From Podospora anserina (taxonomy: Eukaryota), in contig CM030336.1 of NCBI GenBank assembly GCA_017654855.1, positions 3,658,001 through 3,722,000 on the forward strand: 64,000 nt of DNA. The letters are read 5' to 3'. Below, in pieces: positions 1 to 11,702 of the stretch. The notes beneath the pieces were generated by a model. That model did no database searches, was not told where the DNA came from, and saw only the letters and a program-made list of their open reading frames with translations. Position numbers and translations under genes: made by a program. How positions within the stretch are numbered: the stretch's first letter is position 1; each line of letters starts with the position of its first letter.

Positions 1-162
1 GAAGATGACCAGCACCAGCTCGATGGCGGATCTGACGGGGTCGTTTTGGTAGCTGGACCTGACATAGCGGATGAGGACTGCGCTGCCGGGGACCTTTTGG
101 AAGGTGGTCGCCGCGTGGTCGAGAAAGAGGTTGAGGCGGGTTTGGAGGTCTTGGAGGTCCAT
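1..162 (-). CDS. LCB1: Serine palmitoyltransferase subunit 1, 5' part (gene runs off the window start)
   Basis: Minus strand from ATG at 162 reads MDLQDLQTRLNLFLDHAATTFQKVPGSAVLIRYVRSSYQNDPVRSAIELVLVIF, matching the recalled N-terminus of filamentous-fungal Lcb1 (VPGSA..IRY..SSYQNDP.RS..EL). Not in the ORF track. Confidence 0.8.
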   Translation of the reverse strand, partial: MDLQDLQTRLNLFLDHAATTFQKVPGSAVLIRYVRSSYQNDPVRSAIELVLVIF

Positions 163-1266
163 GTTTGCTGTTCCTCCTCCTGCCTGTGCTTGTTGTTTCA
201 AGATCGATCTGGTATGTAGGGGAAGACACAGGATCAACAGATCAATCGCATTGGTCAAACCCGCTCGCTCGTCGCTGAAAAGAAAAGGAGAGTGTAAACG
301 CCGTTCCGTCAGGTAAACTCTTCAAATGCTTGTCGCGTTCGTGTTGCGGTGTCGGTGTCGTGTGGTAAGTTGCAGCTGGGGAAAAATATTCCAGCAGCAG
401 CAGCAAGCAGCAGTGGTGGTAGCGGTCGCGCGCGCCGCTAGGGTGACAACACAGCACACCACGGCACAACGGCAGCCTCGGAAAACAGGGGGTCGGTCCC
501 ACACACGTCAGACCAGTGGCTCGGAGCTCTGTAGACCCACCCCACTTTACTTTTTTTCCTCTTGTTCTCAAATCCCGTTCCCGACTCAGGGGCAAGTTCT
601 CTTGGCATCTCAAATCAGTTCAGGGGCAACCAAGATATTTCCATTAGATACCCTACTCTCAATCATACACACATTCAAGAACTCATCAATAATCATGCCC
701 TCTTTGCTCAATGACTCGTAGCCATCCATCCTTATTGAACCCATTACATTACGTAGTAGCACATCGACGACAACACACACAAGCAATCATCTTGAAAAAC
801 ACGCAATGCTTCAAAGGTACTTGGACAAATATGCAACAACGCAACCCAACAATGCCATTAATCCGCATTAAGTAACTTTCAGAAGACCACATAACAAAAA
901 GCAGCAGAGACAGGGAAATTGAGCTAAGCGTCTAGAATAATAATAAAAAAGCCCACTTGTGTGTATGTGATACCAATGCCTTCCGCCAACCCCAAAATCA
1001 AAAAATCAAAAAAAAAAAAAAAAAAAAAAAAAAGAGAGAGACAAAAAATCAAAATGAAATGATGCTCATGCTGCCAGAGGTTTGCTGTCGAGTTCCAAGA
1101 ATACAACATTTCTTTTCATGACAAAAACTCCCCGGGACCACTCCCCATCTCCCTATTCTTTTCCTTGACCAAAGAGAGGTCCGACAAAATCCCATATGGT
1201 TACTATTAAAAATTGTACAAAGTCGTGGCCTCGCGCGAGGCTGACCAAGCTGGCGCTTTGCTTTGC

Positions 1267-4200
1267 TTAAAAGAGTCTGTCGTTGGTGCCCGCAGTCTCG
1301 GCCGGTCTTTTCGCCGCAACTGTCGTTGGGGTATAGGCACCACTGTAGCTCGGGCGACCGGTACCGGTCATGGTGCTGTTGCGGGTGTTGTCCTGATTCA
1401 CATCAGGCTGCAACAACACCATGTCGCCAAACTTCAACGTCTTTTCCAGAGTCGGCATGATGAACTTGCCGGCAACGAGCGGGCCGGCGATCAAAGCGGC
1501 AAACAAGATGAACATGGTGAAGTAGAGGATCGAGTAACGCAGGACGCGTCTCCTCCTCAACTTGGTCTGCTTCATCGAGTAAATCGGAGGCCGGATTTGA
1601 CGACTGTCAAACATGTCAGCGTGGTCAGCGATGAAGACGGACGAACGAGGACATACCTTGGGCGGAGCCAGAAGAGCATCATGGAGTGCAGCTTGTCAAC
1701 CTGAGGAATGAGAATGACAGGGAGCATGAGGAAGAGGATGACATGACCGAGGACAAAGTCGGCCGCGAACATGCTCAGCTCGGTGATCTTGCACAGGAAT
1801 TCACGGGCGGGCTGAGAAACGGTGTGCCAGCCGAGAGAGTACCACTTGCCGGTCCAGAAAGCGATGTTGGCGGCATCCGTCTTCATTTCTCTGGTCAAGC
1901 ACAGAGTGACGATGACCTTCAGGATGAAGCGCTGGAGAGCGAGGACAGCAATCATGCCCAGGAGCGTCCTGGCAAAGTCGGCACGCTGCAGGAAGAACAT
2001 GACCTCGAAAAACACAAGAAGGCCAATAACAGCGACGGCGTGGGCGATGGCGGCGAGGACCGAGCCAAACTTCTTGCAGCACATGCTCAGAACCGGACCC
2101 ATGCAGCACGCCATGCCGAACATGGCGGCCAGGACGGCAAGGTTGAGACCGATGGGAGCAAAGGCGACAATGGCGACACGCATGACAACGGCCGCGGGAT
2201 CGTCCACCTCCTTGGTACCAAACTCACCACCAACACCGGTCAGGGAGTTGATGTAGAGATAGGGGATGAGGGTAACAAGAACCAGGCAGAAAGGTGTGAA
2301 GATCTCGGCCCACATCATGTTGGTGAAGGCAGCACGAGGGACATCTCCCGACATCTTGGCAGATGGGTCGCCGATGACCTTGCGCTTGTAACCCGTGGTT
2401 CTTGTTCTGGACAGGCGGCAGAACGAAATCCAAGACGAGGCGTGCGAGCGCGAGTTGCCACGAGACAGCCAGCGGAGGTAGTCGCGGTAATCGATGAAGA
2501 AATCGGTCCAGGCGAACTGGTGGGGGTTGTACAGGAAGGGGGAGATGACCAAGGCCAGCAGCGAAATCCAGAAGTAAATGATGGCGGGGGTCCAGACGGT
2601 GATGGTGGCGAACAACAACATCATCAGCAGACGGGCTCCGAAATAGATCGAAGGACCGGCGAAGCGCGAGTAGAGCACACCGAAGGGGATGCGAGCCGTT
2701 GCGAAACCGCGACCGGTACCGATGTAGCGAGCACCTCCGAAAGTGACATCCATCTGCACAGAGTTGGCGTAGATCTGGCAGACAAACACTTCAAAGAAGG
2801 GCGAGAGGGAGCCGATGTGCTTGGCGAAGCGCGTGGCGGCGCGCAGGACACCGCGTTCCATCATCTCCTGAACAAACAGGGGCACGAACGAGAGGAAGAA
2901 GACGAAGAAAATCGACAGAATACTGCGGTAGACCCAGTCGACCAGCGCGTCCGTGTTGGCACAGCCCGTGGGCAACAGAGGATCCGTGATGGGAACGTCG
3001 CGGTTGTAGTCGCAGCGGACAGTCTCCTTTCGAAGGGCACCGATCTGCAGGAGGCAGATCATGAAAAGCTGGACCGAAAGCATGATGAACATGTTGTTGA
3101 CGTGGAAACCAGGATGGGCGTAGTAGAAGGACAAGAAGCGATCCAACGGCAGCTGGGTTCCGAGGTAGTAGTACTCGCGGGACAAGAACTGCTCACCCAT
3201 GCCCGTTCCGATCTTGGTCGTGAAGTTGAGAATGGAGCCGAAACCCAAATCACGACCCTTGCCGCACTGGTAGTACTCGCAGTGCTTGATGCGGCCACCA
3301 CGCAGCAGGGCGTTCATGCCGGCGTAAATGTCTTCGTTCAAGTGCAGGCCCTTTTGAGCCTTGGACACACCGCCGCGAGTCGTCATGAAGATGCCGTTGA
3401 GGAAGTCGGGATGACCGTAATGAAGCTTGCCACCGATCTCGGCCAGTGTTCTGGCAAAGAGGGTGCCGAACGTCTGCTCCTTCCCGGCAGCAACGTCACC
3501 AAGGATCCCAATGTTCTCCGAGAAGATGTATTCACGAGCACCCAAGATGGCAACAGGAGTGTGGACCGCGTTCTTGACACCGGGAGTGTAGGGGGAAACG
3601 TTGTCCGTCTTCATCTCCTCGAACTCGGCAAGAACGCTACGGATCTTGAGGCACTCCTCGAGGTAGTTGTCCTGGTTGGCGTCGATGAGCTGGATGTACT
3701 CGCCGCGGTAGAAGATGATGGCGTGGTTCTGGTTGTCGGATTTGCCGTCGCCAAGAATGGGGTTGCCAGAGAGCTGAATGCGGAACTTGGGGCGACGCTG
3801 ACCGTTCTCCATGATCTCAGAGTGGCCATCAATCAGGGCAGAGTAGAGGCGGGGCTCCTCGCCCTCGTTAAGGGGAGGCTCCTCGTCGAGGTAGGCAATC
3901 TGGAGGTCGGGGTAGGCACGGAGCAAGAACTCGGCATTTTCCATCTCTTCCTTCTTGAACTTGGCGAATCGCTGCATGGAGATGCAGAGCTTGAACTTGC
4001 GACGGGCCATGCGCTCAAGCTCGCGCTCCAGCTTGTCCGAGTTGCCGCCAAACATCTGGACAACCTCCGGGTTCTCGACACGATAGAGCAGCTTGATGGC
4101 GCGGGCGTAGTTCATGAAGCCGGAGACAGTACGGTACAGGGTCTGGAAACGGAGCGAGGCCCAAATACGTGTGCGGAGCGTGTATTCGGGGGCCGACGAC

Positions 4201-7200
4201 TTGAAACCAATGCAGTAGAAGGGAAGATCATCAATCTTGCTCTTGGCCGTGTCCTTGCCTTCCGTCTTCTCATCCTCGCCGTTGAACTGCGAGGTCTCAT
4301 CGGCCAGAATCTTGGTGTCCTTGACGAAGCAGTCCCACTCGTGAGGGTGAAGCTGCTTGAGGTACTCGAGAAGGGTGACACGAGAGTAAGGCTCGTCTTC
4401 ACGAATGATTTCTCTCAGGGAGAGGAGAATCTTTTCGCTGTAGTGAGGAATCATGACGGTGAAGGTGGGCATGTTGTCAACGGGCAAGGGCTCAGGGATG
4501 GGCGTCGAGAGCGACTGGGCGAAGAAGGAGATTCTGCGCTCTGCCTCGCTGTAGGCGGGGAAGAACTCGGTCTTGAAAGAGTGATCTTCCTGCGAGACGA
4601 AGAAGGTGGGAGCACGCAGCGTCCTCTTGCCCTCCTGCTCCGAAGGAACCTGGTGGTAGAGGAGCTTCTGGACATGGTCAATGGCCAGGAGGTGCTCGCG
4701 ATACATGGAAATGATGATGGCATTCCAAATCTGAGAAATCAGGACCTTGGGCTTGTACTTGATCTCCATGTCGGTGGTTGCCAGGACCTTGGAGTAGATA
4801 CGCTTCGGGAGACGAGAGAAGATGTTTCTCCAGGGGGTCCAGATGGAAGAACCGAGGTAGAAGGACCGGGCGATCGAGAATACCGTGTTCAAGAGCACAT
4901 ACCACAGGTATGTGTCGAGGAAGAAGAAGATCAAATCCGTGATGAGCAAAAGTCCGAGCGTGATCTTGGGCTGATGTTGGCAGATCATGTTGCTCAGGAA
5001 AAAGTCACCCATGCAGGACGACGTGTCCATGATGTGCAGATACCGAATAGGGTCCTTGATGGAGAGGGTGAGGTAGGCATAAGACTCTCCAAACTTGGCG
5101 CCAAACACGATAAGCCAGAGGCCGTAAGACATGGCGATGGCCTTGCCCTTGAGACGCGGCCAGCTGGCAGTAAAGGTCTGACTGGCCACGTACCGCCTCG
5201 AGTTCTTGGTCAGGTAGCTTCCAAACAGACCACCGAGCGGCATGATGGAGAAGAAGATGAACGTGATGAGAGCAATGAAGAAGTGGGCGATACCGAGGGC
5301 CAGCGCGAGAGTAGTGCGCTGCTTCTCGATATAGGCCGTGTCGTCCTTCTCGGGCATGAAGACGTAAACGCCGGGAGCGACGTTGAGGATGAAGACCAGA
5401 ATGAGGAACATCAACTTTTTGGTCAAGTGCTGCGCGCCCGCCCACTTCCTTGGAACGTAGGCCCATTCCGTGATGGTGGCGGCCACTTGGACACCGGAAG
5501 CGATGGCACCACCGAACCCGACGATGGACCAATGGGCAGCCTTCTCGGGCCACTGGTTGACTTCTTGTTCGTACTTGACGGTGATGAGTGTGGGGGAGTT
5601 GTAGGCCGTGTAGAACCAGAACATGGTCAGGTGAATAATCCAGATGCGGTTGAAGTTGACGAGAAGATGGAACCAGGAACGCGTTTCCTTGTAGGTCTTG
5701 AAGAAGCACTTCTTCCAGTTGACATCCTTGAGCTTGAGGTAACGTTCCGCGGGAGGAACGTCGACGAGCTTGGTCTTGTCCTCGAGCACGATGCGCTCAA
5801 TGCCCTCGGGATACCAGAAGAGCTGGTTGCAATCATCGTAGCCGATGATCTGCTCATGGTCGCGCTCGCGACGGACATAGACACCGTTGGAAATTTCGTA
5901 GCCCTGGTCTCTGCAGTACTGATACAGAGGCGTGATCACGTTGTTCAGGAAGGTGAACTCCTCCACCGGCTCAACAAGGTTTTGGCAGGCGGGCGAGTTG
6001 AGATAATCGTCGGCGCACTTGAAGATGAAGCAGAGACATTCCGCCATGAAGCGGACCTGGTTGGCCTCGCCCCAGCAGAGCAAGAACAGAGCGAGCTGCC
6101 TCACCCGATCGTGCTGCGACATGCGGTTCATTCTCGTCTTCCAGCGGTACTCGGCCGCCTCCAACGAGTCATCGCCCTCGAGATCTTCCAAAGCCTCGGC
6201 CTCGTTTTCGGGACCCGGGCCCTTGCCCTTCTTCGCCTTCTTCTTGGCCTTCTTGCCCTTCATGTTGGCGAAACCGACGGCGTCGTCCAGGTCAAGATGG
6301 GCAGCAAAGTACCACTTGCGGTAGTTGGCGTTGTCGCCACCAATGTAATCGGCATGGAGAGACAGCAGGGCCTGGTTGGGCGTCATGCGGGACGCGCGCG
6401 AATCCAGAAGTGTCATCAAGTGGTCGTACATGTTGCGCATGCTGTCGCGCTGGAAACCGAATTTCGCCGTCAAGTCCAAAAAGATGTCCTCCACCTCCTC
6501 CTTGGAGAGGGGAATCTGGGCATCCGAAGTCCAGGCGGGATAGGGTTCCCTGGAGCGCTGACCGGCGGGCAGGACATTGCTGTAGTCCATTCCGTAGTTG
6601 GGCGTAGAGGCGCCGGAGGAGCGGTTGCCACCATAGGAGATCTGCGACGATGGTGGGCGGTATCCGCGGTTGCCTCCCTCATCGTTGTAGCCGTTGTTGT
6701 ACTGCTCATCACCGCGTCCATAGTAGTCCATGTCGGCTGCTCTGGCCATGTCGGACCTCATCGTGAAGTCGCTGAAGGTCTCCGAATCGTCTTCGGAGCC
6801 CTGCCTTGGACCCTGACCATTGCCCCCGTAGCCACCTTGACCGTACCCTTGATCGTAGTAGCCATTGTTGCCTCTCTGGCCGTTGTTGTAGTAATCGTCC
6901 TGGTACTGGTCGTTGTTGTCGTAGTAGCCGCCATCTTGCTGGTACGGGTTGTTGGGGTCGGCGTTGTAGTAACCACTGGGCCATCAAAGTCAACTCTGCC
7001 CGCCCATTCTATCCGTTTCACATCAAGAGCCAGAACTTACGATTCGTCATAGTAGCCATCGCCTTGCTGATTGCCGCGGCCCTGGGCGTGACCGCTATTT
7101 GGCTGGTTGTCATAGTACTGTTGGTCGTCTTGATAGTAGGCGTCATTGCCGTGCTGGCCTCCGTGACCGCCTTGACCGTAGCCGTCATCGTACTCATCGC

Positions 7201-7267
7201 GGCCGTTGTAGCCGCCTTGGCCCTGGCCCTGGCCCTGGCCTCCTTGGCCTTGGGGATATCCCGACAT
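1267..7267 (-). CDS. FKS1: 1,3-beta-glucan synthase catalytic subunit; 3 coding exons (7267-7041, 6975-1657, 1603-1267)
   Basis: Fks motifs [71 protein letters not shown]. Introns GTAAGT..CAG (7040-6976) and GTATGT..CTGAC..CAG (1656-1604) join the ORF pieces in frame. Confidence 0.98.
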
Positions 7268-7285
7268 GTTGGGCAACAAAGTCGT

Positions 7286-7386
7286 CTGCTGGCAATTAGC
7301 CAAAACTGTCACGATCGTGTCCGGATTCGAAAAGCCGAAGGGTCCAAATCAACATTTCCACCAGGCGTTGCGGGTGCAAAACTCAC
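7286..7386 (-). other. Probable 5'-UTR intron of FKS1
   Basis: GTGAGT donor at 7386, GCTAAT branch site near 7300 and CAG acceptor(s) near 7286-7291, about 20 nt upstream of the ATG. Confidence 0.6.
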
Positions 7387-10300
7387 CGTATCAGAGGCTC
7401 ATGGAGCAGTTGCCGGGGAAGTGGGTGTGGCGTTGTCGACCCGAAAATGGGAGTCTTGTCGTGTCAAAATGTCCAAGAAGTGGCCGGCCACCGCAAGAGG
7501 AGCAAAAACTCGACAAGCTATGATTTTTGGGTTTGGGTTGGGCGCTGAAGAGCAGAGAAAGGTGCCGGATAACGTGCGTGTTGTTGATTGTTGATGCACA
7601 ACAGGAGCAGAATCCGACCAACGAGGGTGAGCGATTGGCGGCGCTGTGGGGCGCAGAGAAGAGGGAGGTTGGCTTGGGGATGGTGGCGGTATGCAAGAAA
7701 ACAGGCCGCTAATAATTCGTGCGTGGGTCACCCCCCCTTTTCAGCGAAACTGGGTTTTCTTTGATTGATTGCTGGAAAGGAATCAAAAAGATTATGGATG
7801 GATTGGTTGATTGATTGATTGGATATGCTTCAGCGACCGTAGTGTAATGTGTCGTCCTTGAGGGTCGTTTCGGCGCGACGGATCCAGACGGCGTCGTGTC
7901 TCGAATGCCGGCACGCAGCTCAAAAGGCAGGCGACCGCTGGATTGCAACGGTTCCTACACGGGGCGACGGGCGGCGGGCGACGGCGGGCGACGGCGGGCG
8001 ACTGGCGACTTTCTACTACCTGAACGAGAGACGGTAGAGGTGTCGGAAGCAGCAAGTGAGCGAGCGAGCGTCGAGAGAGAGAAAAGAGAGGAGAGGAAAG
8101 AAAGAGAAGAAAAAAAAGAGGAGGCACTGGCCACGGAAGGATGTTTGGCTAGTGTTGGCCTTGGACTCTTGGGAAGGGAAAGAAGCAGGGAAATGGGCAG
8201 GAAAAAGGAGGCATTCATTCGGCCACTCGCTGAGCAGGGGAGCAGGGATGGGCGGTGCGTTTCGTCTCGGGCTCGGAAAGACACCAGGGGTGGAAGCATC
8301 TGCCAGGGGAAGACGGACGAGGGAGGGCACCGTGTCGACCTGCCAGCGGAAGCACTGTGCTGCTCCCATTTGTCAGGCACGCGCTTGCTTTCACGCCGGA
8401 TGCCTCTCTGCCTCACATTCTGTTTTCCCCGGATTTCAGACGAAGCTGCTGATGCTTGTTTCGCTGCCGAATACAAGTCACAGCCTCAGACATAAAACAC
8501 ACTTCTCTCTTTCTCTCATTCTCTCCATCTCCCTCTCTCATTCTCTCCATCCCCCTCTCTCCCTCTCCCTCTCCCTCTCCCTCTCCCTCTCCCTCACTCT
8601 CACATCAACAGGGAACGCAAGTTGGCAGCTGCAGCGAAGTCGCCGGTGCGTCTGCAAATTGCAGCCCCAACTCCTGAAGACTTGCATTTCGTCGCGCCAC
8701 CATCTCGATTTACAAAGGCAGATTCTGACCAATGGGAGACTCCAGTTCGGGATACCGCCGGCTTCGCTGCCGGACTGGCGCGGGCTGGCGACTCGAAATT
8801 GCACCGTATCAGAATCCACGGCTCCGCCACCCAGCTTCCAACTGTCGCCCCACCCCCAAAATCAATTGGCCCTCCAATCGCTGCCCCTGAGAAAAGATTC
8901 CGTTCCCACCAAGGTTTCGACAGGGAACACCTGGCAGGGCGGGCCAAGGCACATCAACGCCAAAGCTTGGTCTTCGAGAAGCACATCGATGACGACGACC
9001 TTCAGAATGGATTCCTCTTTGAGAAAGGAAAAAAACAAGGAATCTATCCCACTATTTGACCCTCTCTCCATACAACAACTCAGCTTATCGGAGACATCCC
9101 ATTGGCAAACTGTCAAAACTGGTCAAAAGCCAGATGGCCGGACTAGTAGCGACTCGGGCGACAGGACGGCATATGCTGGCCACAGATGCTGGATACTACT
9201 GCAAAAGAATCCCCTGATCTCTCGACCACGACATCACGTAGCATCTCGAGGATTCGAGGGAACCGACAACTGGGCTGTGTTTCTTGTCAGTGGTCCAATG
9301 CAGCTAAAGCCCTCTGGACACGAGCATAATCGATCCACGACGTGCCGGACTGGGCCAGTGGCAAACACCTTTCGATGACAAAGTCCTCACGCTCTCACTC
9401 GCCGTGTCTCACAGTTTTATCTCGCCGCAATTCCCGAAGCAGCTGAAATCGTGGTGGAGGCTCGCTGCAGTTTCTTCCAAGGTCTTCCTTTTTTGGCGGA
9501 GCCGCCATGGATTCGGGCTGGAGCCGCTTCAATATTTTGTACGGCACACCCGACAGGGGCTCTTTGTCAGGTTTAGGCCCGGTTTTTTCGAACACAGTGC
9601 GCCAGGACTTTTTGACAAGTTGACGCCGTCGAGGTGCTTTTGCACAAGATCTGTGCCTCTTCCCCTTTCAGAAGCTCTTTCCCCCACCCCCTTTATCAAG
9701 GAAAACGGTTCCTGTCTAACGTGATCTATTTCCAGCATCAAAAGAGGGGTGCGGCAATACCCCCCGAAAGAGAAAATAACAAGTCTGACGTTGCGCGGTT
9801 CACCTGCCGGATGACCGGTAATTAATCGATATATCCAAACGACCAACACCCACCATATTTTTGTTCAAATCTGCAAGGAACGAGGCAACCAGAATGCGAG
9901 ATTCACACCTCCAATTGTCCCCCTCACTGCCCCATGACGAAGGTTGCAATGTGATTTCTCCCACCTACACTTACCTGTCTGAAACAGCAAACACACTTCA
10001 CCGAAAATATTTATTTCTCTCTGTCTGCACACTTCGATCAATCGACTCCTCTGTGGATCATTGGTCTTTTTCTCGAATTCCGAGTGGCAGGTCAATCGTT
10101 CTTGGCACACTAGCAACCTCCGAAAGGGACGTTTGCTGCTGTGCTGGCCATGCATGATAAACTTACCGGAAAGATAGATATCAACAAAATCAAGAATTTG
10201 GCAAAAAAATTAAAAAAAAATGAGCCAGCTCACCGCATGAGATCCGTTTCTTCCTTTGCTTTTTTACCCGGACCGAGACCAGGACGGGAAACCACTGGAC

Positions 10301-11702
10301 TGACCGGCCAATATGACCGGCCGCCCGTCATCCCATGTTGAAGACCACCTTCGAGATCAGCAGTGTGACAGAACCGCTTGCGTGGTGTGACTTGGGTGAT
10401 CGTCGTCAAATACTGTGTACTGCTCGGACATTGCTCAAGACAAGTCTGGCCCCGAGCCGGGCATTCAACCTCTGAACCACTGCGCTGGTAGCTGCGTTAC
10501 TTGTGAGTCTGGTGAGGACGGATCTGGTAAGAAGCCCGATGAGGCGAGGAATGCCCATATCAGTCACGCTGTGCTGCTTTTTTGCTGCAACCGTTCGAAT
10601 ACATCTGCCAGGAGGTTACAAACACCGTAATACAGCCCCAGCCCACCACCCAACACGCCAGTCTTTTTCTTCTTCCTCGTGAAGAGAACAAATGTGAGAC
10701 AGCGTTAGACCCTAACCTGCACGCCCACGATAACTCCTCATACAGATTTGCAGCGCCTCAGTGCAGTAGTCTGAGTGACAGATAGATAACCATATAGAGC
10801 AGATCAGCAGTGTCACACGCCACCTGCTGCTCTTTCTACAGCAGGTTTGTTACAACACAGTGTATGTGGTGATGTGGAAACCGCGCGGCCCGCGAGGCGA
10901 AAAAAATTGAATAAATAAAAACCACATGGCGATCTTCTTCTATTGATGTTGGCCAATGAGCGAAAAAACGGCTTGCTGTGTGCTGAAGACTCAACTTCTG
11001 GAACAACACACCCCCACGGGCTGTTCCCGATCACCTAGCTGGACCGTTATCGGCGATTCGGGTCTGTCTTTGATAACGTAAGGTTTGTTCGGATAGGAGG
11101 GAGTCGTTAGTTTCAAGCCAGCGATTCCATCTTTGTTTTCCTGGGATATTGGATCTGGGAAGTTTTTGCATCAAAAGGGCCTGTACAAGCAGTTGTCATT
11201 CCCCCTTACCATAGGCAATAAACCTTCAATCCAGAGATTGTAACCCTTCACAAAAATTTGTACTCTTCATAATACAATAAAATGAAACGTTCCACCCCCA
11301 AAAAAAAAAAAAAGGGAAGAAAAAAAAAAGAAGAAAAAAGAAAAAAGAGAAAAAAAAGAATAAAAAGAATAAAAACATACCACCCTAATGCCTAATGAAG
11401 CAAACTCAAACCCTCCGCAAAAATCCACTTGCGGTGGCGGGCGGGCATCATGCACGTCCCATCTTTCATCCCATCCACTCAGTCGGGCAGCAGCGGTTGC
11501 TCCTGACAACCAGCTCTCTTTTCTTCCTTCCCCAAATCCCAAAGCGCCGAAACCTGCATCTTTTTTCTTAAACGACTCACACACACACACACACACACGC
11601 ACACACAAATCAATCTCACCTTCCTTATCTCGAACGGTGCTCCATTGTTTTTATTTTGTTTCCCTTTCTACGTCCCATTTTGAAGCGGGAGATAAGGCAG
11701 AA

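Noticed and set aside
1686..7052. 1788-aa plus-strand ORF antisense to FKS1 (likewise 19629-21221 opposite eIF2A and 33580-34308 opposite THI4)
   Set aside because: Shadow ORFs produced by strong C-ending codon bias in the real genes; no recognisable domains.
8056..9378. 440-aa ORF and overlapping ORFs upstream of FKS1
   Set aside because: GTG/TTG starts, translation of simple repeats (SLSLSL), no domain or codon-bias support.
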